DNA from: Somniosus microcephalus
Lineage: Eukaryota
Assembly (NCBI GenBank): GCA_052327205.1
Contig: CM126235.1
Location: forward strand, 1,612,001 to 1,676,000
Length of the DNA stretch: 64,000 bases
Reading direction: 5' to 3'
Below, piece after piece: positions 12,826-24,694 of this stretch. Both the position numbers and the translations under genes were made by a program. Numbering within the stretch: position 1 is the first letter of the stretch; each line of letters begins with the position of its first letter. The notes beneath the pieces were generated by a model that saw only the letters and a program-made list of their open reading frames with translations, was not told the origin of the DNA and made no database searches.

Positions 12826-13597
12826 CATTGGCGGCAGTTAAAACAAAAGCGAGCTGGAGTTTTGAGCCTGCAAAGCGGTTGACTCATTTTCCAAATTGGT
12901 CTTCAACAGCCGACAGGAGATTGGATATATGGGTCAGTATGAAGAAGGGAGAAGTGTATTCATCCTTCCACTCCCAAAACCAGGACAGCAGTGCTACAAA
13001 TGGAAAAGAGCCTTAATTTTTTTGTGTTTAATCTTTCTGAAGGTTTGCAGTACACATTTCCATTAATCCCCAGCCTCTCAAAATGGTGGAGTTTAAATAT
13101 TTATCTAGTCATCCATAATTCGACTGTGAGCTGATGAATAAATTATTATATCACAACACTGACACAATGGATTGCCACCAGCACTGATGGGTAAAGTGAA
13201 ATCTTGTTCACATTTGCCTCCCGTGATTATAAGGTCGAGTCTAAAATTGATCCATCAATTAGTTTGTTTCAACCCTTGGTGAGATTTCATGTTCGAGTAA
13301 ATTACAATGTCGCAAAATGAAACCTCATTTAGTTAATAACTTGGCTCAATTTCAGTAATAACAGAGAAGAAGGTCTCCAGTGATGTAACCCCTGGTTCCC
13401 CTGACATTACACTGCAGTCAACTCGATATAAGGCTGATCTAATCCAAGGATTGAACAGATCAAAGTTCTCACTGCTGTTAACTGCCTGGGGTGGAGGCCG
13501 AGACTGGAAATGGGTTCAATTTAACTCTTGACATCAACACAAAATTGGTTTCAGTCCAATTTTTGTCTCCTTCTGAAGTGTCAGCCTATTTTTTTGT

Positions 13598-13830
13598 GTT
13601 CAAGTCCCACCCCAGAGACTTGAGCACGAAATCTAGGCCGACACCGCCAGTGCAGTACTGAGGGAGTGCTGCACTGTCAGAGGTGCCGTCTTTCGGATGA
13701 GATGTTAAACCGAGGCCCCGTCTGCTCTCTCGGGTGGATGTAAAAGGTCCCATGGCCACTATTTCGAAGAAGAACAGGGGAGTCCTCCCCGATATCCTGC
13801 CCAATATTTATCCCTCAATCAGCATCACTC
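13598..13830 (+). mobile_element. Deu-domain SINE fragment
   Basis: gttcaagtccc B-box followed by the same core as 9815-10146. Confidence 0.7.
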
Positions 13831-13917
13831 TCACAGTTGCTGCAATTCGGCTTTGCCTTGCAATGAACTCTGGGCTCACAGAATGTTAATGATCAGATTA
13901 CTGGCCGGAAGAAATCA

Positions 13918-14295
13918 CAACAACAACTTGCATTCCTACAGCATGTTTATCATTGATGTAGAGGCGTAATCAACAGATTGGAGGCCGAGCCAAAGGAGGA
14001 GATTGTTGGAGGGCAGGAGGCGACTAAAGCTTGTTCAAAGAGATGTGATTTAAGGAGGAGAGTGAGCTGGAGAGGTTTAGGGAGGGAATTCCAGAGAGTG
14101 GGGCCCAGGCAGCTGAAGGCACGGCCACCAATGGAGGGGCGCAGGGAGGGGGCGGCACATAAGAGGAACGGACAGTTCTGGGAGGGGAGGTATTGCATGG
14201 CTGGGGGAGGTTACAGAGATAGGGAGGAGCGAGGCCACGAAGGATTTCAATACGAGGATGATCATTTTAAATTTGAGGCACTGGGAGACCGGGAG
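13918..14295 (-). mobile_element. L2 LINE 3' fragment
   Basis: IGGRAFSCLGPTLWNSLPK..LLKSHLF (ORF 13950..14198). Confidence 0.7.
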
Positions 14296-14891
14296 GACAG
14301 GGGTGACAGGTTTCAGCTTGTGTTTGTTGAATTTGGTTTCAATCTAATAGCCTTCCTGGGCTTTGAATGACACTGTGCAAAGATTACCATCTGTGTTTCT
14401 ATGCAATTGCTTTGGCTGCTGTTTACATAATTAGGCTAATACCAGCATTAAAATCCGGAAAGAGGGGTTTGACGGTAACAGCCTCAGAAACGTACAGTAA
14501 TCTTTGCACAGTGTCATTTCAAAGGCAGTATGTTCTGCCTATACAAACATCACACGTAGATAAAAAAAGATTTAAGTTAATAATTTTCATAATGCAACAT
14601 TGTAATTTTCTCTAAACGGATCAGCCATAATCTCATTGAATGGTGGAACAGGCTGGAGGGGCTGAATGGCCTCCTCCTGTCCCTATGATTCTGCGCTGTC
14701 ATCTCGGGACGTTACATGTTACCATAATCACAGCTTGTGGCTCCTCTAACATTGCAACTAATAGACATTCAAATTTCAGATTAGTGAATTATTTAACACA
14801 ATAGTCTCACACCCACTCACAGTTACACTCAGACACTCTCAGGCACTCTAACAGATGGTCACACACACTCATGGTCACACACGGTTACACA

Positions 14892-16258
14892 TGACATCAG
14901 TAGTAGGGAAAATGCTAGAATCTATTATTAAGGACGTGGTAACAACGCACTTAGAAAATAATAATAGGATTGGGCAGAGTCAACACGGATTTATGAAAGG
15001 GAAATCGTGTTTGACATCTTTGTTAGAGTGCTTTGAGGTTGTAACTAGCAGAATAGATAAGGGGGAAGCAGTGGATGTGGTGTATTTGAATTCAATAAGG
15101 TGCCACACAAGAGGTTATTAAACAAAATTAGGGCTCAGGTAATTGGGGGTAATATACTAGCATTGATTGAGGGTTGGTTAATGGACAGAAAACAGAGAGT
15201 AGGAATAAACGGGTCATTTTCAGGTTGGCAGACTGTAACTAGTGGGGTACCGCAAGGATCAGTGCTTGGGCCTCAGCTATTCACAGTCTACATCAATGAT
15301 TTGGATGAGGGGACCAAATGTAATATATCCAAATTTGCTGATGATACAAAGCTGGGTGGAAATGTAAGTTGTGAGGAGGATGCAAGGAGGCTTCAAGGGG
15401 ATAAAAGCAGGCTAAGTGAGTGGGCAAGAACATGGCAAATGGAATATAATGTGGAGGAATGTGAAGTTATCCACTTTGGTAGGAAAAATAGAAAAGCAGA
15501 GTATTTTTTAATTGGTGAGAGATTGGGAAATGTTGGTGTTCAGAGGGACCTGGGTGTCCTTGTACACGAATCACTGAAAGTTAACATGCAGGTACAGCAA
15601 GCGATTAGGAAAGCAAATGGTATGTTGGCCTTTATTACAAGAGGATTTGAGAATAAGAGTAAAGACGTCTTACTGCAATTATATAGGGCCCTGGTGAGAC
15701 CACACCTGGAGTACTGTGTACAGTTTTGGTCTCCTTACCTACGGAAGGGTATACTTGCCATAGAGGGAGTGCAACGAAGGTTCACCAGACTGGTTCCTGG
15801 GATGGGGGGATTGTCCTATGAGGAGAGATTGAGTAGACTAGGCCTATATTCTCTAGAGTTTAGAAGAATGAGAGGTGATCTCATTGAAACATACCAAATT
15901 CTTACTGGGCTTGACAGGGTAGATGCAGGTGGGATGTTTCCCCTGGCTGGGGAGTCTAGAACCAGGGGTCACAGTCTCAGAATAAGGAGCCGACCATTTA
16001 GGGCTGAGATGAGGAGGAATTTATTCACTCAGAGGGCGGTGAATCTTTGGAATTCTCTACCCCAGACAGCTGTAGAGGCTCAGTCGTTGAGTATATTCAA
16101 GACAGAGATCGATAGATTTTTGAATATTAAGGGAATCAAGGGATATGGGGATCGTGCAGGAAAGTGGAGATGAGGTAGAAGATCAGCCATGATCTTATTG
16201 GATGGCGGAGCAGGCTCGAAGGGCTGAATGGCCGACTCCTGCTCCTATTTCTTATGTT
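14892..16258 (+). mobile_element. CR1 LINE, RT to 3' end
   Basis: ORF 15100..16173 (357 aa) with SGVPQGSVLGP and KFADDTKLGG; 3'UTR tail ttcttatgttc. Confidence 0.92.
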
Positions 16259-17255
16259 CACTCACACTCACTCACACTCACACTCTCACACACACTCACA
16301 TGCACACACACTATCACTCACTCACACACTCACTCACACTCATACTCTCACTCACACTCACTCACACGCACACACACTCACTCACTCGCACACACTCACT
16401 CACACGCACTCACTCTCACTCACTCACTTGCACTCTCACTCACTCACTCACACTCACACACTCACTCACATGCACACACACTCACTCTCACTCACTCACT
16501 CACACTCACACACTCACTCACATGCACACACACTCACTCTCACTCACTCACACTGTCACTCACACTCACTCACACACACACTCACTCACATGCACACACT
16601 CTCACTCTCACACACTCACTCGCACTGTCACTCACACTCACTCACACACACACACTCACTCACACACTCACTCACTCACATGTACACTCACTCACACTGT
16701 CACTCACACTCACTCACTCACACACACACTCACTCACATGCACACACACTCTCACTGTCGAGGAAATTAACTATCAGACGGAGACTTCGAGGTTCGCTTT
16801 AGGAATTTATTACGTGATATCACGGAGAGTCTGCAGCAGTCCCTACTGCCCACCAGCACTCTAAATAACTAATGTACAGCGCTCATAGTTATACAGCAAG
16901 GTAAACAACTTCATGTGATTAGCTTACATTACATTTCAACATAAGGTTTCATAGGTTCCATTGTTCTCAAGAAACAGATTAACATGTTCACATTTTATCA
17001 CCAGATGTCCTAAGCCAAAAGGTCAGCTTGACTTCATTATGGCAGTCAGCAGTTCTTTTAGTTTTAACTAGTTTAGTGTCCTTTGTTCAATTAGTAAAGT
17101 GGTCAAGTATCCCAGCATGCCTTAATGTTTAATACGTTTTCTCCCACTCTCACTCACTCACTCACATGCACACACTCACTCACTCACTCACATGCACACA
17201 TACTCTCACTCACTCACTCTCACTCACTCACTCACTCTCACTCACTCACTCACAC
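16258..17255. repeat. (CACT)n/(CA)n compound microsatellite, interrupted at 16756-17146
   Basis: Directly visible; explains the spurious His/Thr/Ser/Leu ORFs. Confidence 0.95.
16756..17146 (-). mobile_element. Probable solo LTR inserted in the microsatellite
   Basis: 391-bp unique segment bounded by TG...CA, ctctcac on both flanks, minus-strand AATAAA (tttatt at about 16806) about 50 nt from the end. Confidence 0.55.
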
Positions 17256-18180
17256 ATTATATGAAGTTGTAAAGATGAGCCACTGTAATTAAGCACAGAT
17301 TGATTTCCTGCTCACTGTCAATGCAGAGATACGTTTGATAAAATCATCAGTAAGGTCTAATGCTGAAGGGCTTTATCACTGGATCAGTTTCAGCCTCTGT
17401 GAGATTATCAAACACTGTTTTGTTCGGTTTGAAAGCAAATTGCTTAAATATTGGATTTACGATTGCTGCACTTTTTTTTCCTATTTGTTCATGGGCGTCG
17501 CTGGCAAGGCCGGCATTTATTGCCCATCCCTAATTGCCCTTGAGAAGGTGATGGTGAGTCGCTTTCTTGAACCACTGCAATTCATGTGGTTGTGTTTCAT
17601 TACAACTGAATGGCTTGCTAGGCTATTTCAGCAGGGCAATTAAGGGTCAACCACATTGCTTAGACTCTAGCGTCACAAATAGGCCAGACCGGATACGGAC
17701 AGTAGACTTCCTAAAGGGCATCAGTGAACCAGATGGGTTTTTACGACAATCCGAAAGTTTCATTACTGATACCAGCTTTTTATTCCAGATTTATTTAATT
17801 ACTTGAATTTAAATTCCCCAGCTGTTGTGGTGGGATTTGAACTCACGTCTCATGGATCATTAGTCCAGGTCTCTGGATTATTAGCCCAGTAACATTACCA
17901 CAATGCCACTGCTCCCGTCCTTGCAGGAAAGGAAGTAGGATAGGTGTGGTAAACCACTGTTTATATTCCACTGTGTACATGCCTGTACATGTCTCGGCTG
18001 ACTCCTCCCACGAGTCCAGGTATAAAGGTGACTGCTCCACAGTCCCTCTGTATTCTGGACCGGTCAACCACTCGAGGCACACCTTCATTCTCTTGTTAAT
18101 AAAAGCCTGTTAGTTGCTCGCTTAATCTCAGTCTTTTGAGTTATTGATAGCGCATCAATTTTATTAACAAGATTTTTATA

Positions 18181-19749
18181 ATGGAGAAGATCCTCACACC
18201 AGCATGCCTAGACTTAGACCATCGGGAGTCGGACGCATCCACCAAGTTTACTCACTGGCTGAGGTGCTTTGAAAAATTCCTGATCGCCTGCGCTGCAACG
18301 GTCAAATCGGACGAGGACAAACTGGATGTCCTGACCTCCAAAGTGAACCACCGAGTGTACTCGGTTATCCAGGACGCGACCTCGTGCGCGGATGCTATCA
18401 AGCTCCTCAAGGACCAGTACACGCACCCAGTGAACGAAGTGTACGCCAGGCACCTTCTGGGGAGTCGTAAACAACAACCTGGGGAATCGACCGAGAAATA
18501 CCTTCAGGCACTGTCTGTGCTTGGCCGGGCCTGTGGTTGTAAGGATGTAAAGGCCGCCATGTACACAGAGGAACTTATCCGGGACGCTTTTGTAGCGGGC
18601 CACAGGTCCAATTACACCCGACAGCGATTGTTGGAGCAGAGTGACCTCGACCTCAACAAGGCCTCTGAACTCACACTATCATTGGACGCAGCCTACCGAG
18701 GCATGGATGCCTACTCCTCTGCACCGTGGACGCCGCGGGGAACGACAGCCTGGGACACGGTAGGACCGTCTCATAGCGCCGTGCCACCCCAGCCACATCC
18801 CAGCAATGGCCCAACTACTGCAGCAGTGTCCCAAGGCCAGACAGCAGTGCCCCAAGGCCAGAAATGCTACTTCTGTGGCCAGGCCAAACACCCCAGAGCG
18901 TGCTGCCCGGCGAAAAATGCGATCTGCTCGGGCTGCGGGAAGAAGGGACACTACGCCAGCGTCTGCAGGGCCAAAGCCACCCCGAACCCCAGCAGCGCCG
19001 CGTGTGGGCCGTGCGGGCCGCCATCTTGGGCCTCCCCAGCCATGTGCGAACCACCGGAACAGCAGCCATTTTGGACGCCTCCAGCCACATGGGGATCATG
19101 GACGCCGCCATCTTGGACGACAGCCGGGACGCAGCAGGCCCCCAACACCGCCTCATCTGATACCCGCAGCGACACACCGACCCCTACACTGGCCTCCGTT
19201 ACGCTGGACCAAGCGAGACTGCACCAGCTGGCCCGGTCCACAATGGACATTAAGGTAAATGGTCACGAAACAATCTGCCTTTTTGACTCTGGGAGCACGG
19301 AGAGCTTCATCCACCCCAACACGGTGTGGCGTTGCTCTCTCCCAGTCCTGCCTGCGCACCAGCGAATTTCTATGGCCTCCGAGTCCCAGTCGGCGGACAT
19401 TGGCGGCTACTGCGTGGTGACACTCGTAGTAGGCGGAACTGTGTACGATAATTTTAAACTTCTGGTCCTGCCCCACCTCTGCGCTGCCGTTCTACTGGGG
19501 TTAGATTTTCAGTGCCACCTTAAAAGTGTTACGATGGCGTACGGTGGACCCCTCCCCCCACTCACAGTCCGCAGCCAGCAGCTTCCAAATTGCCCGCCGC
19601 GCACCAGGTGCAACCTCTCCACACTCAGAGTCACCCCCCCCCACTGTTTGCTAACCTCACCCCCGACTGTAAGCCCATCGCCACAAAGAGCAGGCGATAC
19701 AGTGTCGGGGACAGGGTTTTCATTAAAACCGAAGTGGAGCGGCTCCTGA
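18181..19749 (+). CDS. gag: Gag plus aspartic protease; reads out of frame after about 19640
   Basis: Zinc knuckles CYFCGQAKHPRACC and CSGCGKKGHYASVC; protease LFDSGS. Confidence 0.9.
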   Translation: MEKILTPACLDLDHRESDASTKFTHWLRCFEKFLIACAATVKSDEDKLDVLTSKVNHRVYSVIQDATSCADAIKLLKDQYTHPVNEVYARHLLGSRKQQPGESTEKYLQALSVLGRACGCKDVKAAMYTEELIRDAFVAGHRSNYTRQRLLEQSDLDLNKASELTLSLDAAYRGMDAYSSAPWTPRGTTAWDTVGPSHSAVPPQPHPSNGPTTAAVSQGQTAVPQGQKCYFCGQAKHPRACCPAKNAICSGCGKKGHYASVCRAKATPNPSSAACGPCGPPSWASPAMCEPPEQQPFWTPPATWGSWTPPSWTTAGTQQAPNTASSDTRSDTPTPTLASVTLDQARLHQLARSTMDIKVNGHETICLFDSGSTESFIHPNTVWRCSLPVLPAHQRISMASESQSADIGGYCVVTLVVGGTVYDNFKLLVLPHLCAAVLLGLDFQCHLKSVTMAYGGPLPPLTVRSQQLPNCPPRTRCNLSTLRVTPPHCLLTSPPTVSPSPQRAGDTVSGTGFSLKPKWSGS

Positions 19750-22016
19750 AGGAAGGGATTATTGAGGGCAGCACCAGCCCCTGGCGAGCCCAGGTTGTGG
19801 TCGTTAAGACCGGCGAGAAGCAGCGCCTGGTCATCGACTACAGCCAGACAATAAATCGCTACACCCTGCTGGACGCTTACCCACTCCCCCGCATAGCTGA
19901 TATGGTCAACCAGTTCGCGCAGTACCGCGTCTTCTCGACCATTGACCTGAAATCAGCGTACCACCAGCTCCCTATCCGCCCTGAGGACCGCCAGTATACT
20001 GCCTTTGAGGCAAACGGCCGCCTCTATCACTACCTTAGGGTTCCCTTTGGCGTCACCAACGGGGTCTCCGTCTTCCAAAGGGAGATGGACCGGATGGTCG
20101 ATCAAAATGCGTTGCAGGCCACTTTCCCATATCTGGACAATGTGACCATCTGCAGCCATGACTTGCAGGACCATGACGCAAACCTCGAAAAATTCCTCTC
20201 CACCGCCAAACTCCTCAACCTGACGTATAACAAGGAGAAGTGCATATTCCGCACAACCCGCCTCGCCATCCTTGGCTGCGTTGTGGAACGCGGAGTCATC
20301 GGTCCCGACCCCGACCGGATGCGTCCCCTTATGGAACTCCCACTGCCCCACTGCCTCAAGGCCCTGAAGAGGTGCCTAGGGTTTTTCTCTTATTATGCCC
20401 AGTGGGTCCCCTACTATGCGGACAAGGCCCGTCCGCTGATCAAGTCCACCTCTTTTCTCGTGACGGCAGAGGCCCGCTTAGCCTTCCACCGTATCAAGGA
20501 AGACATTGCCAAAGCCACCATGCACGCAGTGGACGAATCCATCCCCTTCCAGGTGGAAAGCGACACGTCCGACTTTGCCCTGGCCGCTACCCTCAATCAG
20601 GCGGGGAGACCCGTGGCCTTCTTTTCACGAACCCTCCAGGGCCCGGAGACCAGACACTCCGCTGTTGAGAAGGAGGCCCAGGCTATTGTGGAGGCTGTGC
20701 GTCATTGGAGGCACTACCTGGCCAGAAAACGATTTACCCTGCTCACTGACCAACGTTCAGTTGCTTTTATGTTTAACAACAAGCAGAGGGGCAAAATCAA
20801 AAACGACAAGATCTTGAGGTGGAGAATCGAACTTTCCACCTACAATTACGAGATCTTGTACCGGCCCGGGAAGCTCAATGAACCCCCGGATGCTCTATCG
20901 CGTGGCACCTGCGCCAGCGCGCAGATTGATAGACTGCGGGCCCTCCACAATGACCTCTGCCACCCGGGGGTCACCAGGTTCTTCCACTTCATCAAGGCCC
21001 GCAACCTGCCTTACTCCATTGAGGAGGTCAGGACCATGACCAGGAACTGCCAAGTCTGCGCTGAGTGCAAACCGCACTTTTATAGACCAGACAGGGCTCA
21101 CCTGATAAAAGCCACTCGCCCCTTCGAGCGCCTGAGCGTTGATTTTAAAGGGCCTCTCCCCTCCTCCGACCGCAATGTGTACTTCCTCAACATTATTGAT
21201 GAGTACTCCCGTTTCCCGTTCGCCATCCCATGCCCGGACATGACCAGTGCCATGGTCATTAAATGTCTGAACGACCTCTTCACCCTGTTCGGTTTCCCCA
21301 GCTATATCCATAGCGACCGGGGCTCATCGTTTATGAGCGACGAACTCCATCAGTACCTGCTCGCTAGGGGTATTGCTACAAGCAGGACCACCAGTTACAA
21401 CCCCCGGGGGAACGGACAGGTGGAACGAGAGAATGCGACAGTTTGGAAGGCCGCCCTGCTAGCCTTAAAGTCTAGGGGCCTTCCGACCTCCCGCTGGCAG
21501 GATGTGCTCCCCGATACGCTCCACTCTATTCGGTCACTGCTCTGCACTGCCACTAACGCCACCCCTCATGAGAAAATGTTTGTCTTCCCAAGGAAGTCCA
21601 CATCGGGGACATCGCTACCGCCATGGCTGACGTCCCCAGGGCCGGTCCTACTGAGAAGACACGTGAGGACCCATAAAATGGACCCCCTGGTCGAGAGGGT
21701 CGACCTCCTCCACGCCAACCCCCAGTATGCTTACATTGCTTACCCGGACGGGCGGGAGGACACAGTCTCCATACGAGACCTCGCACCCTCGGGGGCCGCA
21801 GTAACCCACTACCCACTACCACCCCCCCCCCACGATCCGATATCCAGCCCCAGCAGACGGCAGGCCTGGGCCCCGCGACACACCTACGAGGACTACACAC
21901 CAGTGCCCCAGCCTACGCGGGACTCGACGCCAGAAGCTTCACTACCCCTGCCGTCGCCACGTCGATCACAGCGGCAGACAAGAACTCCGGAGAGACTCCA
22001 ATACACTAACTTTTAA
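19590..22016 (+). CDS. pol: Pol: RT, RNase H, integrase
   Basis: IDLKSAYHQ, VPFGVTNG, YLDN; RNase H ESDTSD/EKEAQA/LTDQRS/DALSR; integrase HHCC and DDE (VDFKG, HSDRGSSF, QVEREN). Confidence 0.93.
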   Translation: MPAAHQVQPLHTQSHPPPLFANLTPDCKPIATKSRRYSVGDRVFIKTEVERLLKEGIIEGSTSPWRAQVVVVKTGEKQRLVIDYSQTINRYTLLDAYPLPRIADMVNQFAQYRVFSTIDLKSAYHQLPIRPEDRQYTAFEANGRLYHYLRVPFGVTNGVSVFQREMDRMVDQNALQATFPYLDNVTICSHDLQDHDANLEKFLSTAKLLNLTYNKEKCIFRTTRLAILGCVVERGVIGPDPDRMRPLMELPLPHCLKALKRCLGFFSYYAQWVPYYADKARPLIKSTSFLVTAEARLAFHRIKEDIAKATMHAVDESIPFQVESDTSDFALAATLNQAGRPVAFFSRTLQGPETRHSAVEKEAQAIVEAVRHWRHYLARKRFTLLTDQRSVAFMFNNKQRGKIKNDKILRWRIELSTYNYEILYRPGKLNEPPDALSRGTCASAQIDRLRALHNDLCHPGVTRFFHFIKARNLPYSIEEVRTMTRNCQVCAECKPHFYRPDRAHLIKATRPFERLSVDFKGPLPSSDRNVYFLNIIDEYSRFPFAIPCPDMTSAMVIKCLNDLFTLFGFPSYIHSDRGSSFMSDELHQYLLARGIATSRTTSYNPRGNGQVERENATVWKAALLALKSRGLPTSRWQDVLPDTLHSIRSLLCTATNATPHEKMFVFPRKSTSGTSLPPWLTSPGPVLLRRHVRTHKMDPLVERVDLLHANPQYAYIAYPDGREDTVSIRDLAPSGAAVTHYPLPPPPHDPISSPSRRQAWAPRHTYEDYTPVPQPTRDSTPEASLPLPSPRRSQRQTRTPERLQYTNF

Positions 22017-22714
22017 TACACTTCACCCCGCCGGACTCAATTTTAAACAAGGGGTGAATGTGGTAAACCACTGTTTGTATTCCACTGTGTACATGCCTGG
22101 ACATGTCTCGGCTGACTCCTCCCATGAGTCCAGGTATAAAGGTGACTGCTCCACAGTCCCTCTGTATTCTGGACCGGTCGACCACTCGAGGCACACCTTC
22201 ATTCTCTTGTTAATAAAAGCCTGTTAGTTACTCGCTTAATCTCAGTCTTTTGAGTTATTGATAGCGCATCAATAGGTGAAGCGCAAAATGCCAGGTGTAA
22301 TTGAAGGAGCCTCACTGAGTGCAAGGCCTGATAGAATGGGCTTTCTGGAAGATTGCATGGAGATGTGATGGCAAATCAATGGTTGAGCATCAGATTTGGT
22401 GTGAGGAGGATTCTCAACAGGGCTGACCCAGTGTTTCTTCCTTCTGGGATGGAGTGCCATGTCTTGGGGTATGGAACGGAAACAGGAGTTAGTTGCAGAG
22501 CCAGAGTAACGCTTCCCGCAGTGACCCCGGATCTCTCGCCCTTCAATAGATATCAGCAGGTAGAAGGAATCGACCTGTGTGAGGAATCTCTCTCCCAAGT
22601 GTCCATGGTCACCCTGCAGATTTGAGGGAGTCACCTCATTTCTGACCGTGCGATCCAGTCAGAAACCAGCATTGTTATTTTCTCCAAAATTGCAGTGCTC
22701 CAACAGTAAGGGAG

Positions 22715-23150
22715 AGAGATTTGCCTTTCTATAGTGCTGTTCGTGACCTTAGGATGACCCAAAGCGCTTTACAGCCAATGAATTACTTTTGAATGTTGTA
22801 ATGTAGGAAACACGTCAGCCGATTTGCACACAGCAAGATCCCACAAACAGCAATGTGAAAATGACAAGATAGACTGTGTTAGTGATATTGGTTGAGGGAT
22901 AAATATTGGCCCCAGGACACCAGGGATAACTCCCCCTGCTCTTCATTGAAATAGTGGCCATGAGATATTTTACGTCCACCTGAGAGAGCAGACAAGGCCT
23001 CAGTTTAACGTCTCATCCGAAAGACGGCACCTCTGACAGTGCAGCACTCCCTCAGCACTGCACTGGGAGTGTCGGCTTGGATTATATGATTAAGTCTCTG
23101 GAGTGGGACTATGAACCCACGACCTTCTGACTCAGAGGCGAGACTGAGCC
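22715..23150 (-). mobile_element. Deu-domain SINE, near full length
   Basis: Reverse complement of the core at 13598 and 9815, tRNA-like head near 23100-23150. Confidence 0.75.
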
Positions 23151-23507
23151 GGTTGTAAGTATATAATATGATATATAGGATGGGGTGTCAAATCACGCCC
23201 TGCATATCATCAAAGAGCCAAAATATTGGGGTAGATCCTTTGCTTTTTCTCTTGTAAATCCGCTGACAGCCGGACTGATAAGGATGGTAAACACAGTTAG
23301 TAAACAATTCAACACTGATTACACACGGTACAAGTATTATTTAATCATTGGATTTTTGGAAAGATGTTTTTGGGATTACATGTTGGTTTAATGCAAATGA
23401 GCGAGGACACACTCTGAGACATCAGAGGTCATGATTACTCTGCGGTTCCGTTCTGTCCGTCAGTCACAGGCCCGACAGGGAAAACAGTCAAAGCTTTTCC
23501 CCAACAC

Positions 23508-24303
23508 AACAACAACAACAACGTGTATTTATATAGCGCCTTTAACGTAGTAAAACGCCCCAAGGCGCTGCACAGGAGTATTTTAAGACAAAAAAATTTG
23601 ACACCGAGCCACATAAGGAGAAATTAGGGCAGGTGACCCAAAGATTGGTCAAAGAAGTAGGTTTTAAGGAGCGTCTTAAAGGAGGAGAGAGAGGTAGCGA
23701 GGTGGAGAGGTTTAGGCAGGGAATTCCAGAGCTTAGGGCCCAGGCAACAGAAGGCACGGCCACCAATGGTGGAGCGATTATAATCAGGGATGCTCAAGAG
23801 GGCAGAATTAGAGGAGCACAAATATCTCGGGGGGTTGTGGGGCTGGAGGAGGTTACAGAGATAGGGAGGGGCGAGGCCATGGAGGGATTTGAAAACAAGG
23901 ATGAGAATTTTGAAATCGAGGTGTTGCTTAACCGGGAGCCAATGTAGGTCAGCGAGCACAGGGGTGATGGGCGAACGGGACTTGGTGCGAGTTAGGACAC
24001 GGGCAGCTGAGTTTTGGATGACCTCAAGTTTACGTAGGGTGGAATGTGGGCAGCCAGCCAGGAGTGCGTTGGAATAGTCAAGTCTAGAGGTAACAAAGGC
24101 ATGGATGAGGGTTTCAACAGTGGATGAGCTGAGGCAAGGGCGGAGACGGGCGATGTTATGGAGGTGGAAATAGGCGGTCTTAGTTATGATGCGGATATGT
24201 GGTCGGAAGCTCATTTCAGGGTCAAATATGACACCAAGGTTGCGAACAGTGTGGTTCAGCCTCAGACAGATGTTAGGGAGAGGGACGGAGTCAGTGGCTA
24301 GGA
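23508..24303 (-). mobile_element. L2 LINE 3' fragment
   Basis: ORF 23624..24307(-) RNLGVIFD..LIHAFVTSRLDYSNALL..QNSAAR..LHWLPV; (TTG)n tail. Confidence 0.9.
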
Positions 24304-24319
24304 TCATACAGCAATAACC

Positions 24320-24694
24320 AGGGTCACCAACCCTCCATGATTGCAGTGGAGTCCCCAGGAATTAAAGAATAATCTTCCGGTCCCTGCTGCCAGCAACACT
24401 CCAGGAGAAAATCAGAGGGGCAGTTAAAAAAAATAGTGTTTTAAAAGAAAAGATTCTTTGAACACTTCGGTTGTAAAAATATCAGAGATGGAAAAAAGGC
24501 TGTTTGAAAGACAGTTAAAAACTATCCAATCGGGTAACGAGGAGTCTATTCGCTCTCTGATTGGCTGTGGGAAGGTGGGGCGTGGCACGTGTGGGGGTAT
24601 CGTACGACCAATGGCGGGAGAGTGGGGGCGGGGCAGTTGGAGGCAGGAAGTCATGTGATGACATCCCCAGGAACACGTCCAACCAAGGTTGGCA
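24320..24694. mobile_element. Decayed non-autonomous DNA transposon (hAT-like MITE)
   Basis: Imperfect inverted ends agggtcaccaaccct...aaggttggca; no ORF. Confidence 0.4.

Larger units (their letters stand above)
17945..22271 (+). mobile_element. Full-length Gypsy LTR retrotransposon, near intact
   Basis: 213-bp LTRs 17945-18157 and 22059-22271 (TG..CA, 5 mismatches), ATAGG TSD (17940-44 and 22272-76), PPT aaacaaggggtgaa, gag-PR-RT-RH-IN order. Confidence 0.97.

Noticed and set aside
13598-13640. tRNA gene
   Set aside because: The B-box belongs to a SINE head; no cloverleaf
16202-16864. His/Thr-rich ORFs of 180-220 aa
   Set aside because: Artefacts of the CACT/CA microsatellite
22269-22634. 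ORFs next to the Gypsy 3' LTR as an env-like or host gene
   Set aside because: Outside the TSD-defined element and no recognisable domain
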